Positions 34,090 through 43,643 are shown, counted from the first letter of the stretch. The stretch is DNA of 64,000 nucleotides from Planctomycetota bacterium (GCA_016793265.1 JAEUHT010000166.1:7699-71698); one strand, 5' to 3'. A program made the numbers and translations. Notes: generated from the letters alone by a model not told the origin.

Positions 34090-35961
34090 CTACCCCAGTG
34101 CCGCGAGCCAGCGATTGGGCCGCCGCGCCGCGGGGGGCAGCGTGCGGTCGACGCGCCAGAAGCCCTTCGCGAGCTCGGGCGCCGGTCGGTGCCGCACCAG
34201 CCGTTCGGCCGGCAGCTCGCAGCCGCGCACCATCCACGCCACGTCCGCTCGCGTGAGACCGAAGGCTCGCCCGACCAGCACGTCGATGCGCGTGGTGAGC
34301 AGCGCCCGCGTCGCCGCATCGAGCGCCGGAGCCGCGTCGCCGCACCAGCCCTCCTGCTGAGCCAGTTGCCACAACGGCCCGTGCCACGGCAGCACTGCGC
34401 ACATCGCCAGCGCGAGCCGCGCCAGCTCGTCGGTGGTCGCTTCGTCGAGGGCAGGCAAGACACAGTCCATCAGGACGAAGCGGTTGAGGTTGGTGCCGCC
34501 GAGGCGGATGCGCAGCGCCCAATCGAAGGCGAGCGACGACAGCGCCGCGGTGCCGGCGGCGAGCTGGCGCAGCGGCGTCGTGGTGGGGGCGCGGTTGGTC
34601 AGCACCCCGAGCGAATTGCCGCACGGCACCGGCGGCAACAGGCAGGCGATCGCCGTGCGCGCGTTGGTCGCGTTCGACAGCGCGCGCAGCGCGAGGCGCG
34701 GACCGGCGGCGGTGGTGGTGGCGGCGAAGGTGCTGGCCGGCACCAGGTAGAGCGGCTGCAGCCGGTCCGGCCGCGGTTTCTGCCATCGCGTGCCGTGCCC
34801 GTGGCCGGCGGCGTGGGCAGCGGCGTTCGGTTGCAGGTCGTCGATCATCGCGCCCTGGTAGAGCGGCAGCAGGTCGATGGCGCCCGCGCGGCGCCAGACG
34901 CCGTCGGCGTCGGGCGCGTAGCCGTCGTGTTCGGCATGGGCGCGCTCGACGAAGCAGCCACGATCGGCCGTCATGTTGAAGTCGCCCTGCCGCCACTCGA
35001 AGGCGCCGTGCGGACCGAGCAACGGGGTGCCGCTCGCGTGCAGGCGGGCCAGCAGGTCGAGGTCGCGGCGGTGCGTGACCTCGACGAACGTGCCCGAAAG
35101 CGGACTGCAGCGGCGCAGTTCGTCGCGTTCGTAGCGCACGTGCGGCGGTGCTGCGGCGGCCCATTCGGCGACGTCGGTGCGGCCGAAGGCGACCTGCACC
35201 GCGCGCGTGCGGCCGCCCTTCTCGGCGACGATCACGGCGAAGCGGTAGCGGCTGTCGATCGGGAACACCTTGTCGCGGTTCTCGAAGCCGAACAACCACT
35301 GCCAATCGGTGTGGTCGAGCAGCAGCCGGCGCAGCGGTTCGGCGTCGCGGTCGAACCAGAGGCTGGCGGGCACGATCAGCCCGAGGCGGCCGCCGGGGCG
35401 CAGCAGCGTGAACGCGCGTTCGACGAAGAGGCGGTAAGTCTGCAGCTTGCCGTGGCCCTGGTGGGAGAAGTGGGGCCGCAGCGTGCGGGTGCGGGAGGCG
35501 GCGTCGGGGCCCGCCTGCAGCGTCTCCCACGGCGGATTGGTGAGCACGGCGTCGAAGCTGCCGGGCTCGAGGTCGAGCAGGCCATCACCCTGCCGGAGGT
35601 CGAGCGTGTCGGCGGCGGCGCCGCTGGCTTCGGCGACTGCATCGGCGGCGAGTCGGGCGGCGGTGGCGTCGAGGTCGCGGCCGCAGAGCCAGCTGGCGGC
35701 GTGGGGTGCCGGCAGGCCGGCGGCGACGAGCACCTCCAGGGCGGCGAGCAGGAACGTGCCGCCGCCGACGGCGGGATCGACGATGCGCAGCGGTCGGTCG
35801 CGCCGCAGCAGCGGCGCCAGCGTGCGCTGCGCCGTCGGTTGCGCCAGCGAACGCGGCGTGAACCAGGCGCCGCGGCGCTTGCGTTCGGCGGGCGGCAGGC
35901 GCTCCGGGTAGGCCGCGGCGGCGGCGGCGAACGGCGGCAGGGGTTCGCCGGCGGCGGTCAT
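34090..35961 (-). CDS. N6-adenine DNA methyltransferase (Eco57I/TaqI-like gamma class) with a long C-terminal specificity-like region; no nuclease partner
   Basis: Motif I IVDPAVGGGTFLL and motif IV VLTNPPWE. 623 aa. The start lies 6 bp downstream of the threonine dehydratase stop. Confidence 0.8.
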   Translation of the reverse strand: MTAAGEPLPPFAAAAAAYPERLPPAERKRRGAWFTPRSLAQPTAQRTLAPLLRRDRPLRIVDPAVGGGTFLLAALEVLVAAGLPAPHAASWLCGRDLDATAARLAADAVAEASGAAADTLDLRQGDGLLDLEPGSFDAVLTNPPWETLQAGPDAASRTRTLRPHFSHQGHGKLQTYRLFVERAFTLLRPGGRLGLIVPASLWFDRDAEPLRRLLLDHTDWQWLFGFENRDKVFPIDSRYRFAVIVAEKGGRTRAVQVAFGRTDVAEWAAAAPPHVRYERDELRRCSPLSGTFVEVTHRRDLDLLARLHASGTPLLGPHGAFEWRQGDFNMTADRGCFVERAHAEHDGYAPDADGVWRRAGAIDLLPLYQGAMIDDLQPNAAAHAAGHGHGTRWQKPRPDRLQPLYLVPASTFAATTTAAGPRLALRALSNATNARTAIACLLPPVPCGNSLGVLTNRAPTTTPLRQLAAGTAALSSLAFDWALRIRLGGTNLNRFVLMDCVLPALDEATTDELARLALAMCAVLPWHGPLWQLAQQEGWCGDAAPALDAATRALLTTRIDVLVGRAFGLTRADVAWMVRGCELPAERLVRHRPAPELAKGFWRVDRTLPPAARRPNRWLAALG

Positions 35962-35967
35962 CGCTGG

Positions 35968-37176
35968 CTACATCGTGATCGCCGGGAAGCCGGCTTCGCC
36001 GAGGGTGTGCAGGATGCGCTCGACGTGGGCGGCGCCCTTCGTCTCCATGACGACGTCGAGTTCGGCCTGGCGCGGCGCCAGGTTGTTGAACAGGCGCTGG
36101 TGCTCGATGTCGATGACATCGGCCCCGGAGGCGCCGATCAGCTGCGTCACGCGCGACAGCACGCCGGGCACGTCGTGGATCGAGATGCGCAGCTTGGCGA
36201 TCTTGCCGTCGCGCTTGAGCCCGCGCAGCAGCACCGTCGACAGCATGCGGCGATCGATGTTGCCGCCGCAGACCATGACGCCGACGTCGTGGCCGCGGAA
36301 CAGGCCGGCGTGGTGCAGCACGGCGGCGACGCCGGCGGCGCCGGCACCTTCGGCGACGACCTTCTGTTGCGCGGCGAGCACCTGCACCGCGTTCTCGATG
36401 TCGACCTCGTCGACCAGCAGCACGTCCTCGAGGTGATCGGCGAGGATGGCGGCCGGGATCTCGCCGGGCGTCTTCACCGCGATGCCGTCGGCGAGCGTGT
36501 GCGTGCGCAGGACCGGGATCGTCTCGCCGCGCAGCCGGGCGCGCATCGGCGCGCACATGGCCGTCTGCACGCCGAAGATGCGGATGCGCGGGTTGACGTG
36601 CTTGGCCCAGAGCGCGGTGCCGGCGGCGAGCCCGCCGCCGCCGATCGGCACGACGATGGTGTCGAGCTGCGGCTGGTCTTCGAGCAGTTCGATCGCGGCC
36701 GTGCCCTGGCCGGCGACGACCAGCGGATCGTCGTACGGGTGCACGAAGGCCAGGCCCTTCGTGGCGGCCGTCGCGCGCGCGTGCACGGTGCACTCGGCTA
36801 CCGATTCGCCATGGAGCTCGACGTGCGCGCCGAGCCCCTCGGTGCGTTCGATCTTCGAGAACGGCGTCGTGATCGGCATCACGATCGTCGCCGGCAGGCC
36901 GAGCCGTCGGGCGTGGTAGGCGACGCCTTGTGCGTGGTTGCCGGCCGAGGCGGCGATGACGCCGCTCGGCCGCGGCGAGGCGGCGGCGAGGTGCTGCAGC
37001 TTGAGGCAGCTGCCGCGGTCCTTGAACGAGCCGGTGTACTGCAGGTTGTCGAGCTTGAGGAACAGCCGCACGCCGATCGGCTCGCCGAGGCGCGGCGCGG
37101 CAACGGTCGGCGTGCGCACGATGTGCGGTCGGATCGCGGCGTGCGCCGTGGCGACGTCGTTGGCGGTCAGCTGCAT
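35968..37176 (-). CDS. ilvA: Threonine ammonia-lyase (threonine dehydratase) with a C-terminal ACT-like domain
   Basis: PLP-lysine motif YTGSFKDRG, plus SAGNHAQGVA and PIGGGGLAAG. 402 aa. Confidence 0.9.
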   Translation of the reverse strand: MQLTANDVATAHAAIRPHIVRTPTVAAPRLGEPIGVRLFLKLDNLQYTGSFKDRGSCLKLQHLAAASPRPSGVIAASAGNHAQGVAYHARRLGLPATIVMPITTPFSKIERTEGLGAHVELHGESVAECTVHARATAATKGLAFVHPYDDPLVVAGQGTAAIELLEDQPQLDTIVVPIGGGGLAAGTALWAKHVNPRIRIFGVQTAMCAPMRARLRGETIPVLRTHTLADGIAVKTPGEIPAAILADHLEDVLLVDEVDIENAVQVLAAQQKVVAEGAGAAGVAAVLHHAGLFRGHDVGVMVCGGNIDRRMLSTVLLRGLKRDGKIAKLRISIHDVPGVLSRVTQLIGASGADVIDIEHQRLFNNLAPRQAELDVVMETKGAAHVERILHTLGEAGFPAITM

Positions 37177-37251
37177 GCGGCGGGCAGCTTAGCCGGGGCG
37201 CCGGCGATTACCGCCTTGCCGCGCCGCCGGCCTGCCTCGCATCATGCCGGC

Positions 37252-37533
37252 ATGTTGCCAGTCGTCTGGATCGGCGTGCTGCTGATGAACGTGCTCACCA
37301 TCGCCGTGTTCGGATTCGACAAGTGGCGCGCACGCCGAAATGGCCGCCGCGTACCCGAACGAACGCTGCTGTTGCTGGTGTTCTGGTTCGGCTGGCTCGG
37401 CGCCTGGCTGGCGATGGCGTGGTTCCGCCACAAGACCGTGAAGGTGTCGTTCCGCCGTCTCGCGGCGCTCTACACGGTGCTCAATCCGTTCTGGGTGCTC
37501 TTGTGGTGGACGCTGACGCCGACGCGGGCGTGA
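37252..37533 (+). CDS. DUF1294 family small membrane protein
   Basis: This is the last 93 codons of shadow ORF 34189..37533: MLPVVWIGVLLMNVLTIAVFGFDKWRARRNGRRVPERTLLLL...FRHKTVK. Confidence 0.8.
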   Translation: MLPVVWIGVLLMNVLTIAVFGFDKWRARRNGRRVPERTLLLLVFWFGWLGAWLAMAWFRHKTVKVSFRRLAALYTVLNPFWVLLWWTLTPTRA

Positions 37534-37545
37534 GCCGGCTCCGCC

Positions 37546-38634
37546 TCACAGGCGCAGGCTGACCTTGGCCTGTTCGCGGGCGTGGAACAGCCGCTCTTCC
37601 TGCATCGCGCGCCGCATCACCTGCTTGATGTCGGGGATCGCCGCGTCGGTGAACAGCACGAACACCTGTTGGCTGAAGTCGACGCGCCGGACGATGTGCC
37701 AGCCGTACTGGGTCTCGACCACGTCGCTGACCTCGCCGTCGCGCAGGCTCCACGCCGCGCGGCACAGCCCCGCCGGCAGACGGTCGTCGAACCGGTGCAC
37801 GCCGTCGAGCTTGCCGCCCTCACGCCCGGTGCGGGTGTCGTCCGAGAACTGCCGCGCGATGTCGGCGAAGTTGGAGCCGTCGGGCCGCAGGCGGGCCTTG
37901 ATGTCGGCGAGGCGCGTATTGGCGCGCGCGATGCCGGCGTCGGCGAGCAGGATGCCGGTGCCGCCGTCGCGGTGCTGCACCAGGATGTGCTCGATGTTGA
38001 CCTGGCCGCCGAACGCGCGCGCGTTGGCCAGGAAGAACTCACGCAGCTGCGGCGTCGTGTAGTCGCCCGGTTCGAGGTAGTCGAGCAGGCCCTGCAGCTC
38101 ACAGCCGAGGCCGTGGCGCAGCTGCCAGTCGGCCAGCAGCGAGTTGACGCGCCGCTGCGACAGGTCGGTGGGCAGGCCACGCTGGCGCAGGTCGGCGACG
38201 TAGGTGTCGAGGAAGCCCTGGAAGCCCTGGCGCAGCGCTTCGCTCTGCGCCGCCTTCAGCTTGTCCTCGTCGATCGGCGGCTCGACGAAGGTCTGTCGCA
38301 GCGCGTCGAGGTCGGCGAACTGGCGCACCCACGGCGCGATCAGGTCCGACTGCAGGTAGGCGCGCATGCCCGGCATGGAGTCGAGCGCCTTGCCAAAGCC
38401 CGGGTAGTGGCGGGCGTCGAGGTGCTCGACCAGCTCGCCGAGCGTGATCGTGTGGGCGCCGACCACGGCGACCGGCGTGCCGCGGTCCTTGGGCCACGTG
38501 CGCACCAGGAACGGCGGCTCCGGCGACGGCGCCAGCGCTGGTCGGGGCGGCGTCTCCTGCGACAGGGCCGGTGGCACGGCGGACACGGCGACGAGGGCGA
38601 CGGCGAACGCGGAACGGAGCATCGGGGGCATCAT
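37546..38634 (-). CDS. Secreted parvulin-type peptidyl-prolyl isomerase (SurA/PrsA-like)
   Basis: ATG at 38634 (alternatives at 38631 and 38622). Signal peptide MMPPMLRSAFAVALVAVSAVPPALSQ. Parvulin core NIEHILVQH...GGKLDGV...ETQYGWHIVRRV. Confidence 0.85.
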   Translation of the reverse strand: MMPPMLRSAFAVALVAVSAVPPALSQETPPRPALAPSPEPPFLVRTWPKDRGTPVAVVGAHTITLGELVEHLDARHYPGFGKALDSMPGMRAYLQSDLIAPWVRQFADLDALRQTFVEPPIDEDKLKAAQSEALRQGFQGFLDTYVADLRQRGLPTDLSQRRVNSLLADWQLRHGLGCELQGLLDYLEPGDYTTPQLREFFLANARAFGGQVNIEHILVQHRDGGTGILLADAGIARANTRLADIKARLRPDGSNFADIARQFSDDTRTGREGGKLDGVHRFDDRLPAGLCRAAWSLRDGEVSDVVETQYGWHIVRRVDFSQQVFVLFTDAAIPDIKQVMRRAMQEERLFHAREQAKVSLRL

Positions 38635-38764
38635 CGGATCGGGCGGGGGCGCGGCGTGATAGCACGTGCCGCCGGCGACGTTACTCCGATGTGGCCGGCG
38701 GCTTGAACGGGAACCGGCGAGGCATTCCGATGCCCGGGCGGTGCCCTGCGCCGCCGAACCCGCC

Positions 38765-39946
38765 ATGACCGCGCCGCCACGTTCTCCCGTGCACCAGACC
38801 GTCGTGGCCCGCTTCCGGGAGGAATTCGGCGCCGAACCACGCTGCTTCTTCGCCCCCGGGCGCATCAACCTCGTCGGCGCCCATCTCGACTACAGCGGCG
38901 GCGATGTGCTGCCCATGGCCGTCGACCGCGGCATCTTCGTGGCGATCCGCCCGCGTGATGACGACGTCATCCGGCTGCGCAGCCTCGACCTGCCGCAGCG
39001 CGTCGAGGTGCGCAGCGGCGAGATCGGTTCGCGTACGCGGCCGGAGTGGGGCTGGGCCGGTTATCCGCTCGGCGTCTGGCACCTGTTCGAGCAGGGCACC
39101 GGCAAGGGCGGCGGCTTCGACGCCTGGTTCGGCGGCGACCTGCCGATGGCGTCGGGGTTGTCGTCGTCGGCGGCGATCGAGGTGGTGACCGCGATCGCGC
39201 TCGACGCGCTGTTCGCCACCCGGCTCGAACGGCAGCAGATCGCGCTGCTCGCGCACCGCGCCGAGACCGGCTTCATCGGCGTGCGCTGCGGCATCATGGA
39301 CCAGTTCGCGTCGGCGCTCGGCCGCTCCGGGCAGGTGCTGTTGCTGCACTGCGCCGGGCCGCGCTGGGAGCACGTGCCGTTCGATCCGGCGGCGTGTGAG
39401 GTGCTCGTGCTCGACACCAAGAAGCCGCGCCACCTGTCGAAGAGCGGGTTCAACGAACGCGTCGCCCAGTGCGCCAACGTGCACGAGATCCTGCGCACGC
39501 ACGTGCGCGACCTGCCGCACCTCGCCGCCTACACGATGGACGACCTCGAGCAGAGCCGCGACGCGATGGACGAGGTGTTGTTCCGCCGGGCCCGGCACGT
39601 GATCGGCGAGATGGAGCGCATCCGCACCGGCGCCGCCGCGCTGCGCCGCCACGACTACGAGACGCTCGGCAAGATGCTCGACCAGAGCCACGAGTCGACG
39701 CGCGTCGACTACGAGGTCAGCTGTGACGAGCTCGACGTCATCACCGACGCCGCGCGCGGTTGTGACGGCGTTTTCGGCGCCCGCCTGACCGGGGCCGGCT
39801 TCGGCGGCTGCGCCATCGCGCTGGTACGACCGGGCGCGTCGAGCGCCGTCGGCCGCCGCGTCGCCGAGGTGTTCCGCCGGCGCTTCGCCGTCGTGCCGGG
39901 ATTCGACCTGCTGCGCGTCGGCTCCGGCCCGGGCGAGGTAGGCTGA
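38765..39946 (+). CDS. galK: Galactokinase
   Basis: GRINLVGAHLDYSGG, the GHMP motif GGDLPMASGLSSSAA, and RLTGAGFGGCAIAL. Confidence 0.9.
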   Translation: MTAPPRSPVHQTVVARFREEFGAEPRCFFAPGRINLVGAHLDYSGGDVLPMAVDRGIFVAIRPRDDDVIRLRSLDLPQRVEVRSGEIGSRTRPEWGWAGYPLGVWHLFEQGTGKGGGFDAWFGGDLPMASGLSSSAAIEVVTAIALDALFATRLERQQIALLAHRAETGFIGVRCGIMDQFASALGRSGQVLLLHCAGPRWEHVPFDPAACEVLVLDTKKPRHLSKSGFNERVAQCANVHEILRTHVRDLPHLAAYTMDDLEQSRDAMDEVLFRRARHVIGEMERIRTGAAALRRHDYETLGKMLDQSHESTRVDYEVSCDELDVITDAARGCDGVFGARLTGAGFGGCAIALVRPGASSAVGRRVAEVFRRRFAVVPGFDLLRVGSGPGEVG

Positions 39947-39947
39947 C

Positions 39948-41351
39948 GTGGTGCACCGCGAATTCGACGCCTACGATTACCGCAGCGATGGCAGCTTCGT
40001 GCCCGCGCACTACGCCTTCGACGGCGATGGCGGGCGTGGCTTCACGGTGCGCCGCGACGGTCGCGTCGTGCTCGAACTCGGCCCGGGCTACCGCCTGCTG
40101 CGCGTGCGCGAGTGTGGCATCTGTTCGACCGACCTCGCCCGGCACCACCTGCCGTTCCCGCTGCCGCAGGTGATCGGCCACGAGGTGCTCGCCGTCGGCG
40201 ACGATGGCCGCCGCTACGTCGTCGAGATCAACGCCTCGCACGCGGCGCGCGGCGTGGCCCACGATTGTGCGTTCTGTCGCGCCGGCCTGCCGACGCACTG
40301 CCCCGAGCGCGTCACGCTCGGCATCCACGACCTGCCGGGTGGTTTCGGGCCGTGGATCCTGGCGCCGATCGCCGCCTGCCTGCCCGTGCCGGACGCGGTG
40401 CCCGACGCCGCCGCCGTGCTGGTCGAGCCGCTCGCCGCCGCCTTGCACGCGGTGCGCACCGTGGCGCCCCGCGCCGGCGAACGCATCGCCGTGCTCGGCG
40501 CACGCCGCCTCGGCATGCTCGTCGTCGCCGCGCTGGCCGCGGTGCGCGACCGTTCGGCGCCGGGGCAGCGCTTCCACGTCGCCGCGATCGTGCGCGATGG
40601 CCGGCTCGACGCCTTGGCCAAGGCGCTCGGCGCCGACGAAGTGCACGTGGCGCCGTTCGCGGGGCCGACGCCGGCCTTCGACGTCGTCATCGACACCACC
40701 GGCGCGCCGTCGGGCCTCGACGAAGCGGTGCGCCTCGCGCGCCGCGAAGTGCACCTCAAGTCGACGCACGGGCAGCCTGCCGGCGGGCTCCTGCACCTGA
40801 CGGAGCTCGTCGTCGACGAGCTCGCGATCGCGCCGCTCGGCGACCCGATGGCGTGGCGCGGCCGCCGCGTCGCCTGGCTCGCCGCGGCGCCACCGCCGCC
40901 GCCGCTGGTCGCCGCTGCCGAGGTCGTGGGTGCCGACGCCGGCACTGCCGCCGCCCACTTCGCCAGGGCCCGCACCGGTCTGCCGCGCGCCGACGTCGCC
41001 GTGGTCGACAGCTGCGCGCAGATCGACGCCGCCATCCGGCCGTTCGCCGATCGCCACGACCCGCTGGTGGCGCCGCGCGGCCGCATCCTGCTGCACCCGC
41101 GCTTCGCCGCACCGGCGTGCTCGCCGCTGCTGCAGGCGGTCGTCGGCCGCGGCCTGCGATTGACGAGCTCGCGCTGCGGCGACTTCCACGACGCGCTGCA
41201 GCTGCTCGTCGCCGAACCGGCGTTGCGGGGCGTCGGCGACCACCTGGTCTCGCACCGCTTCCCGGCGGCATCGTTGCCGCACGCATTCGCCGCCGCCGGC
41301 CGCCGCGACTGCATCAAGGCCGTGGTCGTGCATGGCGACGCCGATGGTTGA
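39948..41351 (+). CDS. Zinc-type medium-chain dehydrogenase/reductase with a ~130-aa C-terminal extension
   Basis: ECGICSTDL, VIGHEV and the structural-Zn region CAFCRAGLPTHC. 467 aa, longer than the usual ~340 aa. GTG start 1 bp after the galK stop. Confidence 0.75.
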   Translation: MVHREFDAYDYRSDGSFVPAHYAFDGDGGRGFTVRRDGRVVLELGPGYRLLRVRECGICSTDLARHHLPFPLPQVIGHEVLAVGDDGRRYVVEINASHAARGVAHDCAFCRAGLPTHCPERVTLGIHDLPGGFGPWILAPIAACLPVPDAVPDAAAVLVEPLAAALHAVRTVAPRAGERIAVLGARRLGMLVVAALAAVRDRSAPGQRFHVAAIVRDGRLDALAKALGADEVHVAPFAGPTPAFDVVIDTTGAPSGLDEAVRLARREVHLKSTHGQPAGGLLHLTELVVDELAIAPLGDPMAWRGRRVAWLAAAPPPPPLVAAAEVVGADAGTAAAHFARARTGLPRADVAVVDSCAQIDAAIRPFADRHDPLVAPRGRILLHPRFAAPACSPLLQAVVGRGLRLTSSRCGDFHDALQLLVAEPALRGVGDHLVSHRFPAASLPHAFAAAGRRDCIKAVVVHGDADG

Positions 41352-41895
41352 CGCCTCTGGCGCGTCAGGGCGGCGCCCAGCGATTCTCGCGCTGCGTGGG
41401 CTCGTGCTCGCCGCACTGGGCTGGCAGGCAGGTGCTGCGGCCCTGCAGCTCGGCGAGCGCGCCGTCGCGCAGGCGCAGGTGCCGTGGCAGCAACGGCTGC
41501 TCGACAGCACCGACGACAAGCTGCGCCGTGCGCTCGGCGCCGACGCCGAGCTGCTGTTCGCCTTGCGCACCGAGGTGCCGCCCGGCTCGCTGCTGGTGAC
41601 GCAGAAGGTCACCGGCGGCAAGGAGGACATCGAACGTGTGCAGAAGGACCCGGCGCTGCTGGCGACGCTGTCGGCGCGCAACGGGCTGCTCGTGCAACTC
41701 ACGACGCTCCTGTATCCCGACCCGTTCCTCTACGCGGCGCCCGACCCGATCCTGTTCGTCGAACAGCTCGTCGCGGGTGGCAACGACGCGCTCCTGTGCG
41801 TGCTGCCCGGCGACCGTTCCCCCGCCGGCCGGGCCGGCTGGACACGGCTCGTCGACAAACCTGGCTTCCAGACATGGCGCTTCCAGAAGGGCTGA
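41332..41895 (+). CDS. Hypothetical membrane-anchored protein
   Basis: Codons are GC3-rich. N-terminal hydrophobic segment ILALRGLVLAALGW. It overlaps the MDR stop and the next gene's start. The start may instead be at 41344. Confidence 0.55.
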   Translation: MATPMVDASGASGRRPAILALRGLVLAALGWQAGAAALQLGERAVAQAQVPWQQRLLDSTDDKLRRALGADAELLFALRTEVPPGSLLVTQKVTGGKEDIERVQKDPALLATLSARNGLLVQLTTLLYPDPFLYAAPDPILFVEQLVAGGNDALLCVLPGDRSPAGRAGWTRLVDKPGFQTWRFQKG

Positions 41896-43265
41896 CGACG
41901 TGGGTGTGGGTCGCCACCATGTCGGTGGCCGCGCCGGGGCTGTTCGGCTGCGGGCTCGTGCGCTGGCTCGGGCTGGCGCCGGCTCACGGCCGCGCCTTCG
42001 CGCTCGGCGTTGGCTACCTCGTCGGTCACTACGTGCTCGCGCACGCCACGCTGCTGTGGCTGTGGCGCGGACAACCGTTGCCCGGGTGGCTCCTGCCGAT
42101 CGCCGCCGCCACCACCGGCGCCTGGCTCTGGCGACGGGCCGCGCGCCGCCCGCCAACCGCCGTCGCTGTGCCTGCCGACACGGCCGCTGCTGCGTCGTGG
42201 TCGTGGTTGCCGGTGCTGGTGCTGACGCTGCTGCTGCTCGACACCTTCACGGCGACCGGCGCCCAGCTCGTGCGCTACAGCGACGAGGCCGTCAACTTCG
42301 CGGCCAAGGCCAAGCTGCTCTACTGCGCGCCGGGCTTCGACCTCGGCGCCGGCCTCGGCGGCTTCGTCGAACACCCGGACTACCCGCTGTTCAACCCGCT
42401 GACGCAGGTGCTCACCTTCGCCAGCGCCGGGCGCGTGCTGCACGCCGAGAATCGCCTGCCGGTGCAGTTCTTCGCCGTGGCGCTGCTGTGCATGCTGTCG
42501 GCGGCGCTGCATCGCCGCGCCCACCCGCTCGTCGCCACGCTGGTGCTGGTCGCGTTCGCCGGCACCTCGTTCACCTCGATGGCACCGACGGCCTACGCCG
42601 ACGTCATGCTCGCCGCCGCGACGCTGGCCGCCGCCGAGTCGCTGCTGCGCTGGCGGGAGACCGGCGAACGCGCCCTGCTGGGCCTCGCGGGCCTGGCGAT
42701 GGGGGCGATGGTCGCGACCAAGAACGAAGGCGCGATGCTGGTGCTGGCGCTGCTCGGGCCGTTGGTGGTCGAGCGGGTCTGGTGGTGGTGGCGGTCGCCG
42801 ACGCGGCCGGCGCTGTGGTGGCCCGCGGCGGCGTGGCTGCTGGTGCCGCTCAGCGCGCTGCTGTTCCAGCGCGCGTTCAATCGCCACTACGGGCTGCAGA
42901 ACGACCTCGTGCTGTTCGGGCGCATCGCCGACCAGTTCGCGAGCCATGGGCCGCGGCTGCTCGACTACTACTGGGGTCTGTTGACCGATCCGGCCCTGCA
43001 CCGGTTGCTGCCGCTGACGTTCCTGGTCGCCGCGCCGATCACCTGCCTGCTGCGCGGCCGCGAGGTGGTCGCCGGGGCACTGCTGTTCGCCAGCTTCCTC
43101 TTGGCCATGGGTGCTTACTCGCTGGTGTTCCTGGGCACCGTCTACGACCTGCAGTGGCACCTCGACGTCGCCGCCGACCGCTGCGTGCTGCACGTGCTGC
43201 CGTTGGTGGCGTCGGGTCTCGCCGCGATGACCTGGCCGCGCCGCGATCCGCTGGGTGCGCGCTGA
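41874..43265 (+). CDS. Polytopic membrane protein, GT-C / ArnT-PMT-like glycosyltransferase candidate
   Basis: ATG at 41874. About 11 hydrophobic segments. An early loop (RYSDEAVNFAAKAKL) and the overall layout resemble GT39/GT83-type enzymes. Function is inferred. Confidence 0.55.
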   Translation: MALPEGLTTWVWVATMSVAAPGLFGCGLVRWLGLAPAHGRAFALGVGYLVGHYVLAHATLLWLWRGQPLPGWLLPIAAATTGAWLWRRAARRPPTAVAVPADTAAAASWSWLPVLVLTLLLLDTFTATGAQLVRYSDEAVNFAAKAKLLYCAPGFDLGAGLGGFVEHPDYPLFNPLTQVLTFASAGRVLHAENRLPVQFFAVALLCMLSAALHRRAHPLVATLVLVAFAGTSFTSMAPTAYADVMLAAATLAAAESLLRWRETGERALLGLAGLAMGAMVATKNEGAMLVLALLGPLVVERVWWWWRSPTRPALWWPAAAWLLVPLSALLFQRAFNRHYGLQNDLVLFGRIADQFASHGPRLLDYYWGLLTDPALHRLLPLTFLVAAPITCLLRGREVVAGALLFASFLLAMGAYSLVFLGTVYDLQWHLDVAADRCVLHVLPLVASGLAAMTWPRRDPLGAR

Positions 43266-43326
43266 CGAGTGGCGTCGAGGATCGGGTGGGAAAGGCCCGC
43301 AGCGGCGGCTACGCTGCGCCCTCCGC

Positions 43327-43401
43327 GCACCCGTAGTTCAGCGGAAGAACATCGGTCTTCGGAACCGAGGGTCACAGGTTCGAATCCTGTCGGGTGTGCC
43401 A
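43327..43401 (+). tRNA. tRNA-Arg (anticodon UCG), CCA encoded
   Basis: Hand-folded cloverleaf. Acceptor GCACCCG/CGGGTGT (G1-U72). D arm GTTC-AGCGGAA-GAAC. Anticodon arm TCGGT-CTTCGGA-ACCGA. T arm ACAGG-TTCGAAT-CCTGT. Discriminator G, then CCA. Confidence 0.9.
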
Positions 43402-43409
43402 CTGCGCGC

Positions 43410-43643
43410 GAAGCGCGCTGTGGCATCCCCGACAGGATCCGGGGATGTCGCGACGCGCGGCTGCGCCGCGCGGCGCTACACCGGCGAATCCGCCGCGGGG
43501 CGGGGCGATTGGGCGGCGAAGCGCGCGGTGGCATCCCCGACAGGATCCGGGGATGTCGCGACGCGCGGCTGCGCCGCGCGGCGCTCCACCGGCGAATCCG
43601 CCACGGGGCAGGGCGATTGGGCGGCGAGGCGCGCGGTGGCATG
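43410..43643. repeat. 108-bp tandem direct repeat, 2.2 copies, directly 3' of tRNA-Arg
   Basis: Unit 1 (43410-43517) and unit 2 (43518-43625) differ at 4 of 108 positions. A partial third unit spans 43626-43643. Each full unit has two GC hairpins: CATCCCCG-N8-CGGGGATG and GCGCGGC-TGC-GCCGCGC. Confidence 0.9.

Noticed and set aside
33318-37176. Complete restriction-modification or BREX/DISARM-type defence locus around the methyltransferase
   Set aside because: The flanks are a metabolic gene (threonine dehydratase) and a non-coding gap. No nuclease, helicase, ATPase or specificity gene is present.
34189-37251. N-terminal ~1020 codons of the 1114-aa plus-strand ORF 34189..37533
   Set aside because: It is antisense to the DNA methyltransferase and threonine dehydratase genes. 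Only the last 93 codons (37252..37533, DUF1294) look like a real gene.
43410-43643. Possible CRISPR array
   Set aside because: The repeats are 108 bp, directly abutting with no spacers, only 2.2 copies, and no cas genes are in the window.
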